DNA of 64,000 nucleotides, taken from positions 99,140-163,139 of the forward strand of contig CAYJKV010000001.1 of NCBI GenBank assembly GCA_964371255.1. Direction: 5' to 3'. Below, piece by piece: positions 1 through 9,731 of this stretch (position 1 is its first letter; each line of letters opens with the position of its first letter). The notes under the pieces were generated by a model. That model was not told the DNA's origin. It ran no database searches and worked only from the letters and a program-made list of their open reading frames with translations. The stretch comes from an uncultured Candidatus Saccharibacteria bacterium (lineage in GTDB: Bacteria; Patescibacteriota; Andersenbacteria; UBA10190). The translations under genes and the position numbers were made by a program.

Positions 1-155
1 GGACAAGAGTACGCAGATGGGGTGGGGCATGTGGGAATTTTTGGCGGACAGTCAGTAATTCATGCCAGTGCCAGAATGGGTAATGTCGGGGAAGAGCCAG
101 TGAGCATTTTCACAGCGGCTTACGAAGTGGTACGGGTGCGTAGGGTGATTGGTCT

Positions 156-1445
156 TTAACCGCCAGTAGAACATGGCGGTTTTTTTAAGGCGGACAAAAT
201 GTCGCCAATCAGATAGAGAGAGCCGGTTACTAACAACAAGCTGCAGGGGTTAAGTGTTTTAGTGGCAAAGGCGATGGCGGCACGCGGGTTGGGGATAGTG
301 TGTAAGGAATATTTTTGTGGATCAAACAAAGATCGCAGCCGTGGTGCCGGCAAGGGATCGTAATTAGCTTGCGTGAAAACAATTTGTCGAAAGCGGGGAG
401 CGATATGCTTTAAGATTGGCCCCGGATCGGTATCAGACTTACAACCGATGACCAACGTATCGGCCGGAGGAAAGGGGCAAGTATCGAGGGCGGAAGTTAG
501 GGAAGCAAAGCCGGCATCATTGTGAGCACCATCAAGCAGGATAAAGGGATCGCGCGATATGATATCCAAACGACCGGGCCAGACTGTTTTTGCTAATCCC
601 CGGTGAATTGTTTGAGGGTTAATAGCGGGCAGGCTGTTTTTAAGAATAACAGCACCGGTGAGAGCGGTGGAGGCATTGGTTATTTGATGATGGCCCAAAA
701 GAGAAATTTGCCAGTTGCCATTGATCAGGCCAGCGGTGGTGAAACTTTGCCCGTCCAATGAGTGATGCTTTGGTGTGGCCGCGAGAAGCGTGGCCACTGG
801 GTAAAAAGGAGATGATTGCTTCGCGCAAAGGCGGTAAAAGTAAGAAGAGGTCATTGGGTCAATTTCGGCGGTGACGAGCGGTACGTGCGGTTTGATGATT
901 CCAGCTTTATGCTTCGCGATTGCCCTCTTGGTTGATCCTAGCCAGGCGGTGTGATCAATAGCGACGTTGGTAATAATTGAAAGAAGAGGGGTAATCACGT
1001 TGGTCGCGTCCAGGTCGCCGCCCATACCGACTTCAATGACGGCGATGTCAACGGACTGCTGCGCGAAGTGCAGGAAAGCGAGGGCGGTGGTGAATTCAAA
1101 ATAGGTGGGTGAGATATTGGACTGATGGGCGGCATCCCGGACTTGGCTGATGAGATGACTGAGAGCAGAATTGCTAACAGAGCGGCCATTAATCACTATT
1201 CTTTCGTGGAATGAGCAGAGGTGGGGGCTGGTATATAAACCGGTGCAATAGTTGGATTGCTGCAAGATTGAGGCTAGCAAGGCGGAAGTGCTGCCTTTGC
1301 CGTTGGTGCCAGTGATGTGGACAGATTTAAACTTGGTGTGCGGATTATCCAGCGCGGCCATTAAAGAACGCATGGTTTGCAGCCCGGGTTTGATTTTTTC
1401 AAACCGCTGCAGACGCTTCAGGTAGTTCAGCTGTTTATTGATCAT
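156..1445 (-). CDS. folC: folylpolyglutamate synthase / dihydrofolate synthase
   Basis: 429 aa ORF. N-terminal P-loop HITGTNGKGST is typical of the Mur ligase/FolC family. Overall length and layout fit FolC. Confidence 0.8.
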   Translation of the reverse strand: MINKQLNYLKRLQRFEKIKPGLQTMRSLMAALDNPHTKFKSVHITGTNGKGSTSALLASILQQSNYCTGLYTSPHLCSFHERIVINGRSVSNSALSHLISQVRDAAHQSNISPTYFEFTTALAFLHFAQQSVDIAVIEVGMGGDLDATNVITPLLSIITNVAIDHTAWLGSTKRAIAKHKAGIIKPHVPLVTAEIDPMTSSYFYRLCAKQSSPFYPVATLLAATPKHHSLDGQSFTTAGLINGNWQISLLGHHQITNASTALTGAVILKNSLPAINPQTIHRGLAKTVWPGRLDIISRDPFILLDGAHNDAGFASLTSALDTCPFPPADTLVIGCKSDTDPGPILKHIAPRFRQIVFTQANYDPLPAPRLRSLFDPQKYSLHTIPNPRAAIAFATKTLNPCSLLLVTGSLYLIGDILSALKKPPCSTGG

Positions 1446-1508
1446 CGGAAAGACAATAACACTATTCTGACTAGACGCTCAACAATAGATACGCCAAACT
1501 ATATATAG

Positions 1509-2372
1509 ATGAAACATTATCTGGACATGGTGCGTTATGTGCTGAAAAACGGTGAGCGCAAGGTTAACCGGACGGGGGTGGCCACTTTGGCCTGTTTTGC
1601 CTATTTTTATAAGGTTGATTTACAGGCCGGCTTCCCATTGTTGACCACGAAAAAGATGTATTGGGATTCGTTAGTGCATGAATTATTTTGGTATTTATCC
1701 GGTGAAGCTCATATTCGTAATTTAAGAAAGAAGACGAAGATCTGGGATGCCTGGGCGGACAAAAGAGGGCGATTGGAGACAGCCTACGGCCGGTTTTGGC
1801 GGCGTTTTCCGATGCCTAATAAAGGGATTGATGGCGAGAAATGGGGGACTAAATGGGTGACAAAAGACAGGGAAACAGGGCAGAAAGTGTTTGACCAGAT
1901 TGAGTACATAATGGATTCGCTGAAAGAAATTAGAGTAAATCCGGAACATCCAAACCTGCGCAGGCTGGTGGTCTCAGCGTGGCATCCAGGCAACGCGGCG
2001 GAGAGCCGTCTGCCGCCTTGCCATTATACGTTTTGCTTTAATGTGATGGGTGATAAACTAAATTGTCATCTAACGCAGCGTTCCTGTGATATAGCCTTGG
2101 GGGTGCCGTTTAATCTGGCTTGCTACGCATTGTTAACGATGATGATGGCTAAAGAAACGGGCTTTCAGCCCGGTGAGTTTGCTCATTCCCTGCTGGATGC
2201 TCATATTTACGAGAACCATATAGAAGGATTAAAGGAGCAGTTGAAAAGGAAGCCTAAAGGACTGCCGCGGGTAGAGATTGCCGATAAGCCGTTTGACGAA
2301 CTGACGTTTGAAGACGTAACCCTGCATGACTACGTGGCGGATGATGCGATTAAATTTCCGGTGGCTGTTTGA
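1509..2372 (+). CDS. thyA: thymidylate synthase
   Basis: 287 aa. The active-site region RRLVVSAWHPGN...LPPCHYTFCFNV and the C-terminal DAHIYENH motif are characteristic of ThyA. It carries an insert relative to the E. coli protein. Confidence 0.88.
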   Translation: MKHYLDMVRYVLKNGERKVNRTGVATLACFAYFYKVDLQAGFPLLTTKKMYWDSLVHELFWYLSGEAHIRNLRKKTKIWDAWADKRGRLETAYGRFWRRFPMPNKGIDGEKWGTKWVTKDRETGQKVFDQIEYIMDSLKEIRVNPEHPNLRRLVVSAWHPGNAAESRLPPCHYTFCFNVMGDKLNCHLTQRSCDIALGVPFNLACYALLTMMMAKETGFQPGEFAHSLLDAHIYENHIEGLKEQLKRKPKGLPRVEIADKPFDELTFEDVTLHDYVADDAIKFPVAV

Positions 2373-2382
2373 GCCAGGAGAA

Positions 2383-2856
2383 ATGAATATGGACATTCAT
2401 CTTATTGCGGCGTTGACTGACGCTGGAGTAATTGGGAACAGCAGTGGTTTGCCGTGGCATATTGCTGAGGATTTGCAGCGATTCAAGAAAATAACCACAG
2501 GTAAAACTGTGCTGATGGGCCGTCGGACATTTGAGACGATTGGCCGGCCATTGCCGAACAGAGAAAATATTATTTTGGATCAAGAAAAGAAACCTGTCGC
2601 GGGCGCGACGGTTTGTAATTCAATGGCTGATGCTCTGAAGCGGGCGCAGGAAATAGGGACAGATCTATATGTGATTGGCGGGGCGAATGTTTATGCGCAA
2701 ATGTTGCCGATGGTTGACGTGATGCACTTATCGCACGTGAAGAGAGATTATCCTGGCGATGTCTATTTTCCTAAGTACGATAAAACCGAATGGCAGGAGT
2801 TTGCCCGGGAAGAATTTGATGAGTTTACTGCGATAACTTATCGCAGAAAGAAATAA
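2383..2856 (+). CDS. folA: dihydrofolate reductase
   Basis: MNMDIHLIAALTDAGVIGNSSGLPWHIAEDLQRFKKITTGKTVLMGRRTFETIG is a classic DHFR N-terminus. A GGAGAA RBS sits just before the ATG at 2383. The track's 2326 start overlaps the thyA stop, so I chose the internal Met. Confidence 0.85.
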   Translation: MNMDIHLIAALTDAGVIGNSSGLPWHIAEDLQRFKKITTGKTVLMGRRTFETIGRPLPNRENIILDQEKKPVAGATVCNSMADALKRAQEIGTDLYVIGGANVYAQMLPMVDVMHLSHVKRDYPGDVYFPKYDKTEWQEFAREEFDEFTAITYRRKK

Positions 2857-3116
2857 CAGACTGGGAATCGTTTAAAACGATTATTCTATTAATGGCTATT
2901 GGAATGGATATGACCAAAGAAAGTAAAGCCGAAACCCTAAATCTTTAAATCTTAAATAAATTCGAAATCATAATATTCAAATCATTAACTGACGAATAGC
3001 AGAAGTGTGATGTAGTGAGTGGTGGTCTATCTTGGGGGGGGCAATTCGTCCGAAACTGGAGAGGTCAGCTAAATAAATTTTACAAGTTGTTACTTAAATC
3101 TTATTAATTCATTGAT

Positions 3117-4499
3117 ATGCTTAAACGATCGGATCCAAACTTTTATGCCATTTTGCAGAAAGAGGAAAAGAGGCAACGGGACAAATTATCCCTAATTGCC
3201 TCGGAAAACTGTTTTTCGCCGAGCGTGCGAGAAGCGGTTGGATCCGTATTTAGCCATAAATATTCAGAGGGAAACGTAGGAGAGCGCTATTATCAGGGAA
3301 ACGAATATGTCGACGAGTTAGAAAGTTTGGCAATTGAAAGGGCGCGTATGTTGTTTAGGATACCGAAAGATTGGACGGCGAATGTGCAAGCGTTGTCGGG
3401 CAGTAATGCTAATTTGGCCGTGTACTTAGCGTTAATGGAAGCTGGGGATACTTTAATGTCGATGTACTTACCGGACGGAGGGCACTTATCACATGGCTGG
3501 TCTTTTGAACCGGACGAGAACAAACGCAAGGCTGATCTAAGATCTGGCAGCTTAGTTTATCTGGGTGGTAAGCGTCAGGTGCATCTGACATCGCGGTTAT
3601 ATAGGGTGGTGCAATATAAAACGGAGCAGCAAACAAAAATTTTCAATTATGATGAGGTAGAAAAAATAGCGGTAAAATATAAGCCCCGGTTGATTATTAC
3701 GGGTGGGACGGCCTACCCGCGGAACATAGATTATCGACGAATGCGCAAGATCGCCGATAAAGTGGGCGCTTATTATCTAGCGGATATTGCACATGAGGCC
3801 GGACTGGTGGCTGGTCGGGCAGTACCGTCGCCAGTCGGGGTGGCAGACGTGGTAACAATGACTACCCATAAGACGCTACGAGCAGGACGAGGCGCTATTA
3901 TTCTGGCTAATCAAGAATTAATCAAAAAGATAAATCGGGGATTGCTGCCTGGTCTACAGGGTGGGCCACATAACCATAATATTGCTGGCATTGCCGTGGG
4001 CTTAGGGGAAGCACTGCAGCCGGCATTCGCGGATTATGCCAGACAAGTAGTTAAGAATGCTAAGCATTTAGCTAAAACACTGGCCAAGCAAGGCTTTAGG
4101 ATTGTAACAAAGGGGACCGATAAGCACTTATTATTGATTGACCTTAATGATCAGCCAGTCTGGGGCAAGAATTTTGCATATATCTTAGACCGGGCGGGAC
4201 TAGTCACCAACGCTTCCACTTTGCCGTGGGATAGTTCACCGCCGCGTAATCCGGCAGGACTGAGGCTGGGGACACCGTGGGTGACGACGCGTGGAATGAA
4301 AGAGTCCGAAATGGAGATGATCGCCAACTGGATAAAACAAGTGATGCAGATAGCTGCTCCGTGGTCAGAATTGACGGGGGATCGATTAGTGGAGCAAGTG
4401 ACACAGTCAGCGGAGATAAAAAGGATTGCCCGAGAGGTGGCTAAAGTAGGTCGCCAGTTTATGGATTTCCCGAGAAGAGGGATAATGATAAAAGACTGA
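3117..4499 (+). CDS. glyA: serine hydroxymethyltransferase
   Basis: 460 aa. It shows SLIASENCFSPSVREA and the PLP-lysine region TMTTHKTLRAGRGAII. There is a ~25-aa insertion relative to typical 415-aa SHMTs. Confidence 0.85.
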   Translation: MLKRSDPNFYAILQKEEKRQRDKLSLIASENCFSPSVREAVGSVFSHKYSEGNVGERYYQGNEYVDELESLAIERARMLFRIPKDWTANVQALSGSNANLAVYLALMEAGDTLMSMYLPDGGHLSHGWSFEPDENKRKADLRSGSLVYLGGKRQVHLTSRLYRVVQYKTEQQTKIFNYDEVEKIAVKYKPRLIITGGTAYPRNIDYRRMRKIADKVGAYYLADIAHEAGLVAGRAVPSPVGVADVVTMTTHKTLRAGRGAIILANQELIKKINRGLLPGLQGGPHNHNIAGIAVGLGEALQPAFADYARQVVKNAKHLAKTLAKQGFRIVTKGTDKHLLLIDLNDQPVWGKNFAYILDRAGLVTNASTLPWDSSPPRNPAGLRLGTPWVTTRGMKESEMEMIANWIKQVMQIAAPWSELTGDRLVEQVTQSAEIKRIAREVAKVGRQFMDFPRRGIMIKD

Positions 4500-4609
4500 T
4501 TTAAGGGAAAAAGTGACTGATGGATATGCTTCGTAATATACTAACCACATAATAATAATCGAAATGGATATATTTTTGAGCAGGGCAGCGAAGAAGTTAA
4601 TGAGGGGGG

Positions 4610-4867
4610 GTGATTGTCGTGGATAACAAGAGTCTCAGCTTGTGGGCAGCGGTGTTGCTACTAGTGGGAGGTTTAGTGCATTTGATACCTGGCTTATATT
4701 CAGGACTAACTGGTTTGACTGGCGGATTTCCATGGATCCAGGTGGTAGTGGGTGTCCTGTCAGTGATTGTGGCGCTGGTCATGTTTGCAGGCGACAAACA
4801 AGAGGATGGTACCGCGGTTAAGAGCCAACCGGAGAGTCAGCCGTTTGATAGCACTAAGCCAAACTAA
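4610..4867 (+). CDS. small hypothetical membrane protein
   Basis: 85 aa ORF with two hydrophobic helices. It uses a GTG start preceded by a G-rich RBS (gaggggggg). Confidence 0.35.
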   Translation: MIVVDNKSLSLWAAVLLLVGGLVHLIPGLYSGLTGLTGGFPWIQVVVGVLSVIVALVMFAGDKQEDGTAVKSQPESQPFDSTKPN

Positions 4868-5145
4868 CCGGGACAGCTGGCCGGATTAAACATGTGGTCG
4901 GTTGGTGGTCTTTGAGGGATTAACACCTTATGGTATTAAGGTGTTAGTTGGTGTGGGGATAATAACTAAATCCAAACCAGCAATTTTTGCTGGGGTGTTA
5001 AAATTGTGCAGGGATGACAGGTGAGGTTGTGACCGCAGAATAATCGTATAGAGGGAGAAAGAAAAAGCCCCGTGATGAAATATCAAGACGGGGAGAAGGA
5101 GCGATCTAGACAAAATTTTTTGACTAGATGCCCAGTGAAGGAAGA

Positions 5146-5355
5146 TTAATAGTTATCGAGCAAAATTTTTTGAGCCTCTGGACAAAGTAATCGGTCGTCG
5201 TGTGGGCCTGGGCCATAGGTAGGTACACCGAATAATCCGATATGGTGGTTCGCGCAGGCTTGAAGGTGAGCGAGAAAAGTATGACAAGGAATTGATTGGC
5301 CACAGATGTTGCACGTTCGGGTGTGATCACTCTCACTATTATTATTGTTGAACAT
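5146..5355 (-). CDS. small hypothetical protein with C2HC-like cysteine/histidine cluster
   Basis: 69 aa from the internal Met. A GAGGAAG RBS lies 7 nt upstream on the minus strand. The motif is CNICGQSIPCHTFLAHLQACANHH. Confidence 0.3.
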   Translation of the reverse strand: MFNNNNSESDHTRTCNICGQSIPCHTFLAHLQACANHHIGLFGVPTYGPGPHDDRLLCPEAQKILLDNY

Positions 5356-5556
5356 GACATTCTTCCTCGAAGTTGGTGAAGGAACGATGAAGCAAATTAT
5401 TAGTAGTGTAGTGCTTCGAAAGCGGCGTGTCAAAACTACGTGCGTGACGACTTTTATAGTGGCTAGTCAGCGGGGTAATAGCGATTGGCTGGGGAAATAT
5501 TTGGGCTGATGCAGCGATTATAATTTTAGTGATAATGGAGTATGCTAGGTTAAAAG

Positions 5557-6159
5557 ATGGCTAAATTATCAAAGTTTGAGCAATGGTGGTTGAACGCATG
5601 GCCGCACCGATTGCACGTGCGCAGATTTGTCCCGAAGGTTTTGCGGGCATGTCCGGACCCTTTTCGAGGAGAAGTTTTGGAGGTGGGGGCGGGCAGCGGC
5701 TGGTCTTCGCGAATGATTTTAGATACTTTTCCACAAGTCGAATTGACGGCGTCCGACTTAGACCCAAAAACTAGAAATAAGTTTGAGCGCCTGCGCAGCA
5801 AATATGGGCAGCGGTTGATTTTTAAACAAGCAAACCTCATGAACTTGCCGTTTGATAGAGAGTCGTATGATATTGTTTTGGCTATGCATGTCTTACATTT
5901 CTCGTTCGATCTGCGCGCTGCCGTCAGACAGTTCGTCAGGGTACTTCGACCAGGGGGGTTGTTGGGTATTGGCGATTTCAATCCTAAATACCACCGCGGC
6001 TTATTAAAAAGAATGTTCGCGGCATCTTCTCTGCCATGGCGGAAGATGATGGAGGACATGCTGGTGGAGGAGGGTTGTGAAATTCTAGTATCGCAGGGTG
6101 AATTGCATTATTTTATTTGGGCACGTAAGCCATATCCGATCAAACCGAAAGTAAGCTAG
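5557..6159 (+). CDS. class I SAM-dependent methyltransferase
   Basis: Motif I VLEVGAGSGWSS, followed by LRPGGLLGI (post-II/III region). 200 aa. Confidence 0.7.
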   Translation: MAKLSKFEQWWLNAWPHRLHVRRFVPKVLRACPDPFRGEVLEVGAGSGWSSRMILDTFPQVELTASDLDPKTRNKFERLRSKYGQRLIFKQANLMNLPFDRESYDIVLAMHVLHFSFDLRAAVRQFVRVLRPGGLLGIGDFNPKYHRGLLKRMFAASSLPWRKMMEDMLVEEGCEILVSQGELHYFIWARKPYPIKPKVS

Positions 6160-6426
6160 GGAATGAAGTGAAAGCACGAGCACCTTTTCCTGCAGGCATG
6201 GCCTGCGGGCAATATTAGAAATTCGATAGTGCCAAACCCAAAACAAGGAGAGGTTAGAAAAGAACCTAACCTGACAACCAGTGGGGAAATGGTTGGTGAG
6301 GCAATGCAAATTTTCAGATGAGGCACAAAGTGGAGAATGTTTTGGGGTACGGAATTTGGACTCAAGTTATGGACGCGGTGCATGAAATATTGACTTGCCT
6401 GTTTGTTTGCCGCAAGCTGTTTAGCT

Positions 6427-7989
6427 ATGGCCATAGTTTATAAAATATCGAGCAATAGATCGTCCAGGGCAGCGGTTGAGGTGTTGGCTATCCCCACACA
6501 AAATGTAAATTTGGGCTGGCAAGGCTGGCCGAAGGGCGCGGCTGACAAAGTTAAGCAGGAGTTGCGCCGGCGGGGCTGGCAGGCGAACTGGGGCCAAGTA
6601 GAAATTCTAGCAGAGGCCAGGGTGGGGCGGATGGCGTTAGTGGCTATGATCGGTTTAGGACAAAATGAGGATAGCGCCCGACAGCAAGAAGCCATGCGGC
6701 GCGGCATAGCCAGTGTAGTTAGTGAAGCCGGCCGACTGGGCCTGGGAACCGTCGGGATTGATTTATTGAGTAACGGTTTTGGGTGGGAAGTCGCAGCCGC
6801 GGCGGTGGAGGGGATAGAGATGGTCGGTTATGGTTTTACTGCCTATTCGGGAAAGCTGGCCAAGAAGCAGAAGAAAAGCAGCATTAAACAAATTATCATT
6901 TTGTGCCCGGAGGAAAAGCTAAAACAGGTACGGCGGGCAGTGAGGCAGTCTCAGCAACTGCTTAAAGGCGTGGATTTGGCGCGCGATCTGGTTAATCGAC
7001 CAGCCGGGGATATGTCACCAGCTCAACTGGCGAGGACAGCGCAAGAAATAGCGACAAAATCTGAGCTAATTGAAGTGAATATTTTCAATAAAGAACAGGC
7101 TCAGCGCGAAAAGTTCGGTGCTTTTTTGGCGGTGGCGGGTGGTTCGGCGCAGGAACCATATGTCATTCACCTGACATATAGACCGGCAGCGGAAAATATC
7201 AAACGAAAAAAGGTTTGGTTGGTAGGAAAGGGGATTACGTTCGATTCGGGTGGGCTCAGCATCAAGCCGGCCGAACATATGGAAGCAATGAAGAGTGATA
7301 TGGCAGGAGCGGCGGCGGTGCTTGGTTTATTTGCGATATTGGACCGGATGGCAGTGGAGGTGGAAGTGCATGGATTAATAGCCGCGTGTGAAAATATGCC
7401 CTCGGGTACGGCTTACCGACCAGGCGATGTTGTAACAGCCTTGAACGGAAAGACTATTGAGATATTGAATACTGACGCGGAAGGACGCGTTACTTTGGCG
7501 GATGCTTTGTCTTTTGCGGCAGCGCAGGAACCAGATGCAATAGTAGATTTGGCGACATTAACTGGCGCTTGTCTGGTAGCCTTAGGAGAAACGGTGGCCG
7601 GGCTGTGGAGTAATAACGAGGAACTAAAACAGAGTATGGTACAGGCGGCTTATCAGACGGGCGAGAAAGTAGAAACGATGCCTATGCCAGAGGAATACCA
7701 AGTTAAACTTGATAGCACCATTGCCGACATGCAAAACATCTCTAGTTCACGCTACGGGGGCGCGATTGCGGCCGCGATGTTTTTAAAAGAGTTTGTAGGT
7801 GAAATACCATGGGCGCATTTGGACATTGCCGGCCCATCCTATATGGAGCAGCGCTATTTGTCGTATTGGAATCGGGGTGCGACGGGGTTTGGTGTGAGGT
7901 TATTGGCCCAGTGGCTGAAAAGTTTAGGGGCAAAGTCGGAGCGGGAAAGAAAAGAATCAGACAGACTTGATAAACGGACGCAAGAGTAA
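6427..7989 (+). CDS. pepA: leucyl aminopeptidase (M17 family)
   Basis: M17 signature NTDAEGRVTLADAL, plus a metal-binding region (VGKGITFDSGG, DMAGAAAV). The start is uncertain: the track ORF opens with TTG at 6403 and the first ATG is at 6427. Confidence 0.8.
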   Translation: MAIVYKISSNRSSRAAVEVLAIPTQNVNLGWQGWPKGAADKVKQELRRRGWQANWGQVEILAEARVGRMALVAMIGLGQNEDSARQQEAMRRGIASVVSEAGRLGLGTVGIDLLSNGFGWEVAAAAVEGIEMVGYGFTAYSGKLAKKQKKSSIKQIIILCPEEKLKQVRRAVRQSQQLLKGVDLARDLVNRPAGDMSPAQLARTAQEIATKSELIEVNIFNKEQAQREKFGAFLAVAGGSAQEPYVIHLTYRPAAENIKRKKVWLVGKGITFDSGGLSIKPAEHMEAMKSDMAGAAAVLGLFAILDRMAVEVEVHGLIAACENMPSGTAYRPGDVVTALNGKTIEILNTDAEGRVTLADALSFAAAQEPDAIVDLATLTGACLVALGETVAGLWSNNEELKQSMVQAAYQTGEKVETMPMPEEYQVKLDSTIADMQNISSSRYGGAIAAAMFLKEFVGEIPWAHLDIAGPSYMEQRYLSYWNRGATGFGVRLLAQWLKSLGAKSERERKESDRLDKRTQE

Positions 7990-8766
7990 GGAAGTGACAA
8001 AGAGAACAGAACTAACAAGGACTACTGTGGGTCCGGAGGGGGTGTTAAGGGTAGCGCTCAGAAACAAACCACAAATAATTGAAAAGAGGGAGATAGCTAC
8101 ACTGCTAGCGAACATGCTGGTCAGGGAGCGGGTCAAATTTTGTGCGGAGGCGGCGGGGATGACTAGTAGGGCGGTCACTAACACAACACCCACTAATTTG
8201 ATGGCCAGGGCTATTAAACTGGCGAGTAGCAGCATAAAAAGGAGTTCATACTTCCTGACATTAATACCTTCAGCTTGTGCTAGATTGGGATCAAAAGTGA
8301 TAGCGATAAAATGTTTTCCGGAAAAGATGATAATGATAAGAGCAATGATGGAGACGACAATTGTGAGATAAATATCAAATTCGCTGACGGCAAGAATATC
8401 GCCGAATAAGAAGCTGATAAGGTCGGACTGATAGCCAGGAGTGAGCTGTACCAGGATGACGCCCAAGGCGACGGAGCTAGAGAAAAGAACGCCCAGCAGA
8501 GTGTCTAAAGGTAATTTGGTATTGGTGGCGAGTAGGGAGATACCGATGGCTATCACTAACGTAAAAGCCAGGGCACTCAGATACGGATTAACGTGCAGGA
8601 GTAACCCCAGGGCGATACCGGTGAGAGCGGCATGGCCGATGGCGTCGGAGAAAAATGACATTTTCCGCAAGACGACGAAGACACCCACGATGGCCATGAG
8701 TACACCGAGGATGAGCCCGATAATAAGAGTTCGCTGGAAGAAAGGGAGATAAAGAAGATCAAGCAT
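7957..8766 (-). CDS. znuB: ABC transporter permease, Zn/Mn (ZnuB/MntB-like)
   Basis: 269 aa with about 8 TM helices. It looks like the ABC-3 permease family and sits immediately downstream of an ABC ATPase on the same strand. Confidence 0.7.
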   Translation of the reverse strand: MLDLLYLPFFQRTLIIGLILGVLMAIVGVFVVLRKMSFFSDAIGHAALTGIALGLLLHVNPYLSALAFTLVIAIGISLLATNTKLPLDTLLGVLFSSSVALGVILVQLTPGYQSDLISFLFGDILAVSEFDIYLTIVVSIIALIIIIFSGKHFIAITFDPNLAQAEGINVRKYELLFMLLLASLIALAIKLVGVVLVTALLVIPAASAQNLTRSLTSMFASSVAISLFSIICGLFLSATLNTPSGPTVVLVSSVLFVTSLLLRPFIKSV

Positions 8767-8952
8767 AGGTTAAATAAGTTTGAAGTTAAGATGTCGAAAT
8801 CCTCCCAAAGGGATCCCTTAGGGAGAAACAAATTATAAATCTAAAGCATTAAAAATAAGAAACACGTGTTGGACGTTCGGGTTGTTTGGTGATTTGCCTC
8901 TTCCATGCCGTGATTGTTTAGGATTTATAATTTCGGATTTCATACTTTTTGC

Positions 8953-9693
8953 CTAATGGTGGCTGTGCAGAAAGTGGCCGACTTCCGTGCCATACATGTG
9001 CTGCAGGGTTTCATTGGTGAGGACTTTTTGCGGGGTGCCGGCGCAGAGCAGCTTTCTATTTAAACACAGGACTTGATCCGCATAGTTCATAACTATTTGC
9101 AGTTCGTGACTAATGAGAACCATCGTTAATTTTTCTTCTTTTTGGATACGAGACAACAGGGTGTAGATGGTGTCTTGTCCTTCAACGTCAATACCGGCCG
9201 CCGGTTCGTCCAGCAGCAGAAGTTTAGGATGATCCATGAGGCTATAAGCCAGAATAATTCTTTGCAGCTGTCCACCCGAAAGGACGCTTAATCGCTTATT
9301 CAGGAGGTGCTTGGTGTTGGTTTTTGTCAGCAGGTTATACATATGCTGTTTTTCCACGCTGCTTAAGCCTAGAGGACGTTTAGATTTTAAGGAGAAAAGA
9401 CCAGCGACGGTTAAAGGGAATTGCCGGTCGATGTTGATATATTGAGGAATATATGACACTTGAGAAGCAACCTTGTGGTAGCGATCATGATTGGTACCCA
9501 TGATTTCCACAGTACCGCTTTGCTTGGGCAAGAGCTTAAGGAGGCATTTGATCAGCACTGATTTGCCGGCACCGTTGGGCCCAATGATAGCGGTGACCGA
9601 ACCAATAGGTACTTGAAACGAAACATCATCTATGATGCGGTGTTTATCCAGCTCGATGACTAGATTTTGCACATTAAGAGCGAGGGTAGTCAT
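8953..9693 (-). CDS. znuC: ABC transporter ATP-binding protein, Zn/Mn type (ZnuC-like)
   Basis: Walker A GPNGAGKS, ABC signature LSGGQLQR, Walker B LLLLDEP. No cognate substrate-binding gene is adjacent in the window. Confidence 0.75.
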   Translation of the reverse strand: MTTLALNVQNLVIELDKHRIIDDVSFQVPIGSVTAIIGPNGAGKSVLIKCLLKLLPKQSGTVEIMGTNHDRYHKVASQVSYIPQYINIDRQFPLTVAGLFSLKSKRPLGLSSVEKQHMYNLLTKTNTKHLLNKRLSVLSGGQLQRIILAYSLMDHPKLLLLDEPAAGIDVEGQDTIYTLLSRIQKEEKLTMVLISHELQIVMNYADQVLCLNRKLLCAGTPQKVLTNETLQHMYGTEVGHFLHSHH

Positions 9694-9731
9694 AATAAAA
9701 TATTTCCTATACTTTATGTTACACTAAGGCG

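Noticed and set aside
2857-3116. Possible riboswitch (ZTP or THF) in the 260-nt leader of glyA
   Set aside because: I could not find the conserved ZTP (GGGUCGUGACUGGCG ... CCGGGCGGA pseudoknot) or THF core motifs. The leader does contain a folA terminator hairpin (AATCGTTTAAAACGATT).
5550-6059. 169-aa minus-strand ORF overlapping the SAM-methyltransferase
   Set aside because: The plus-strand ORF carries clear methyltransferase motifs. The antisense ORF has none.
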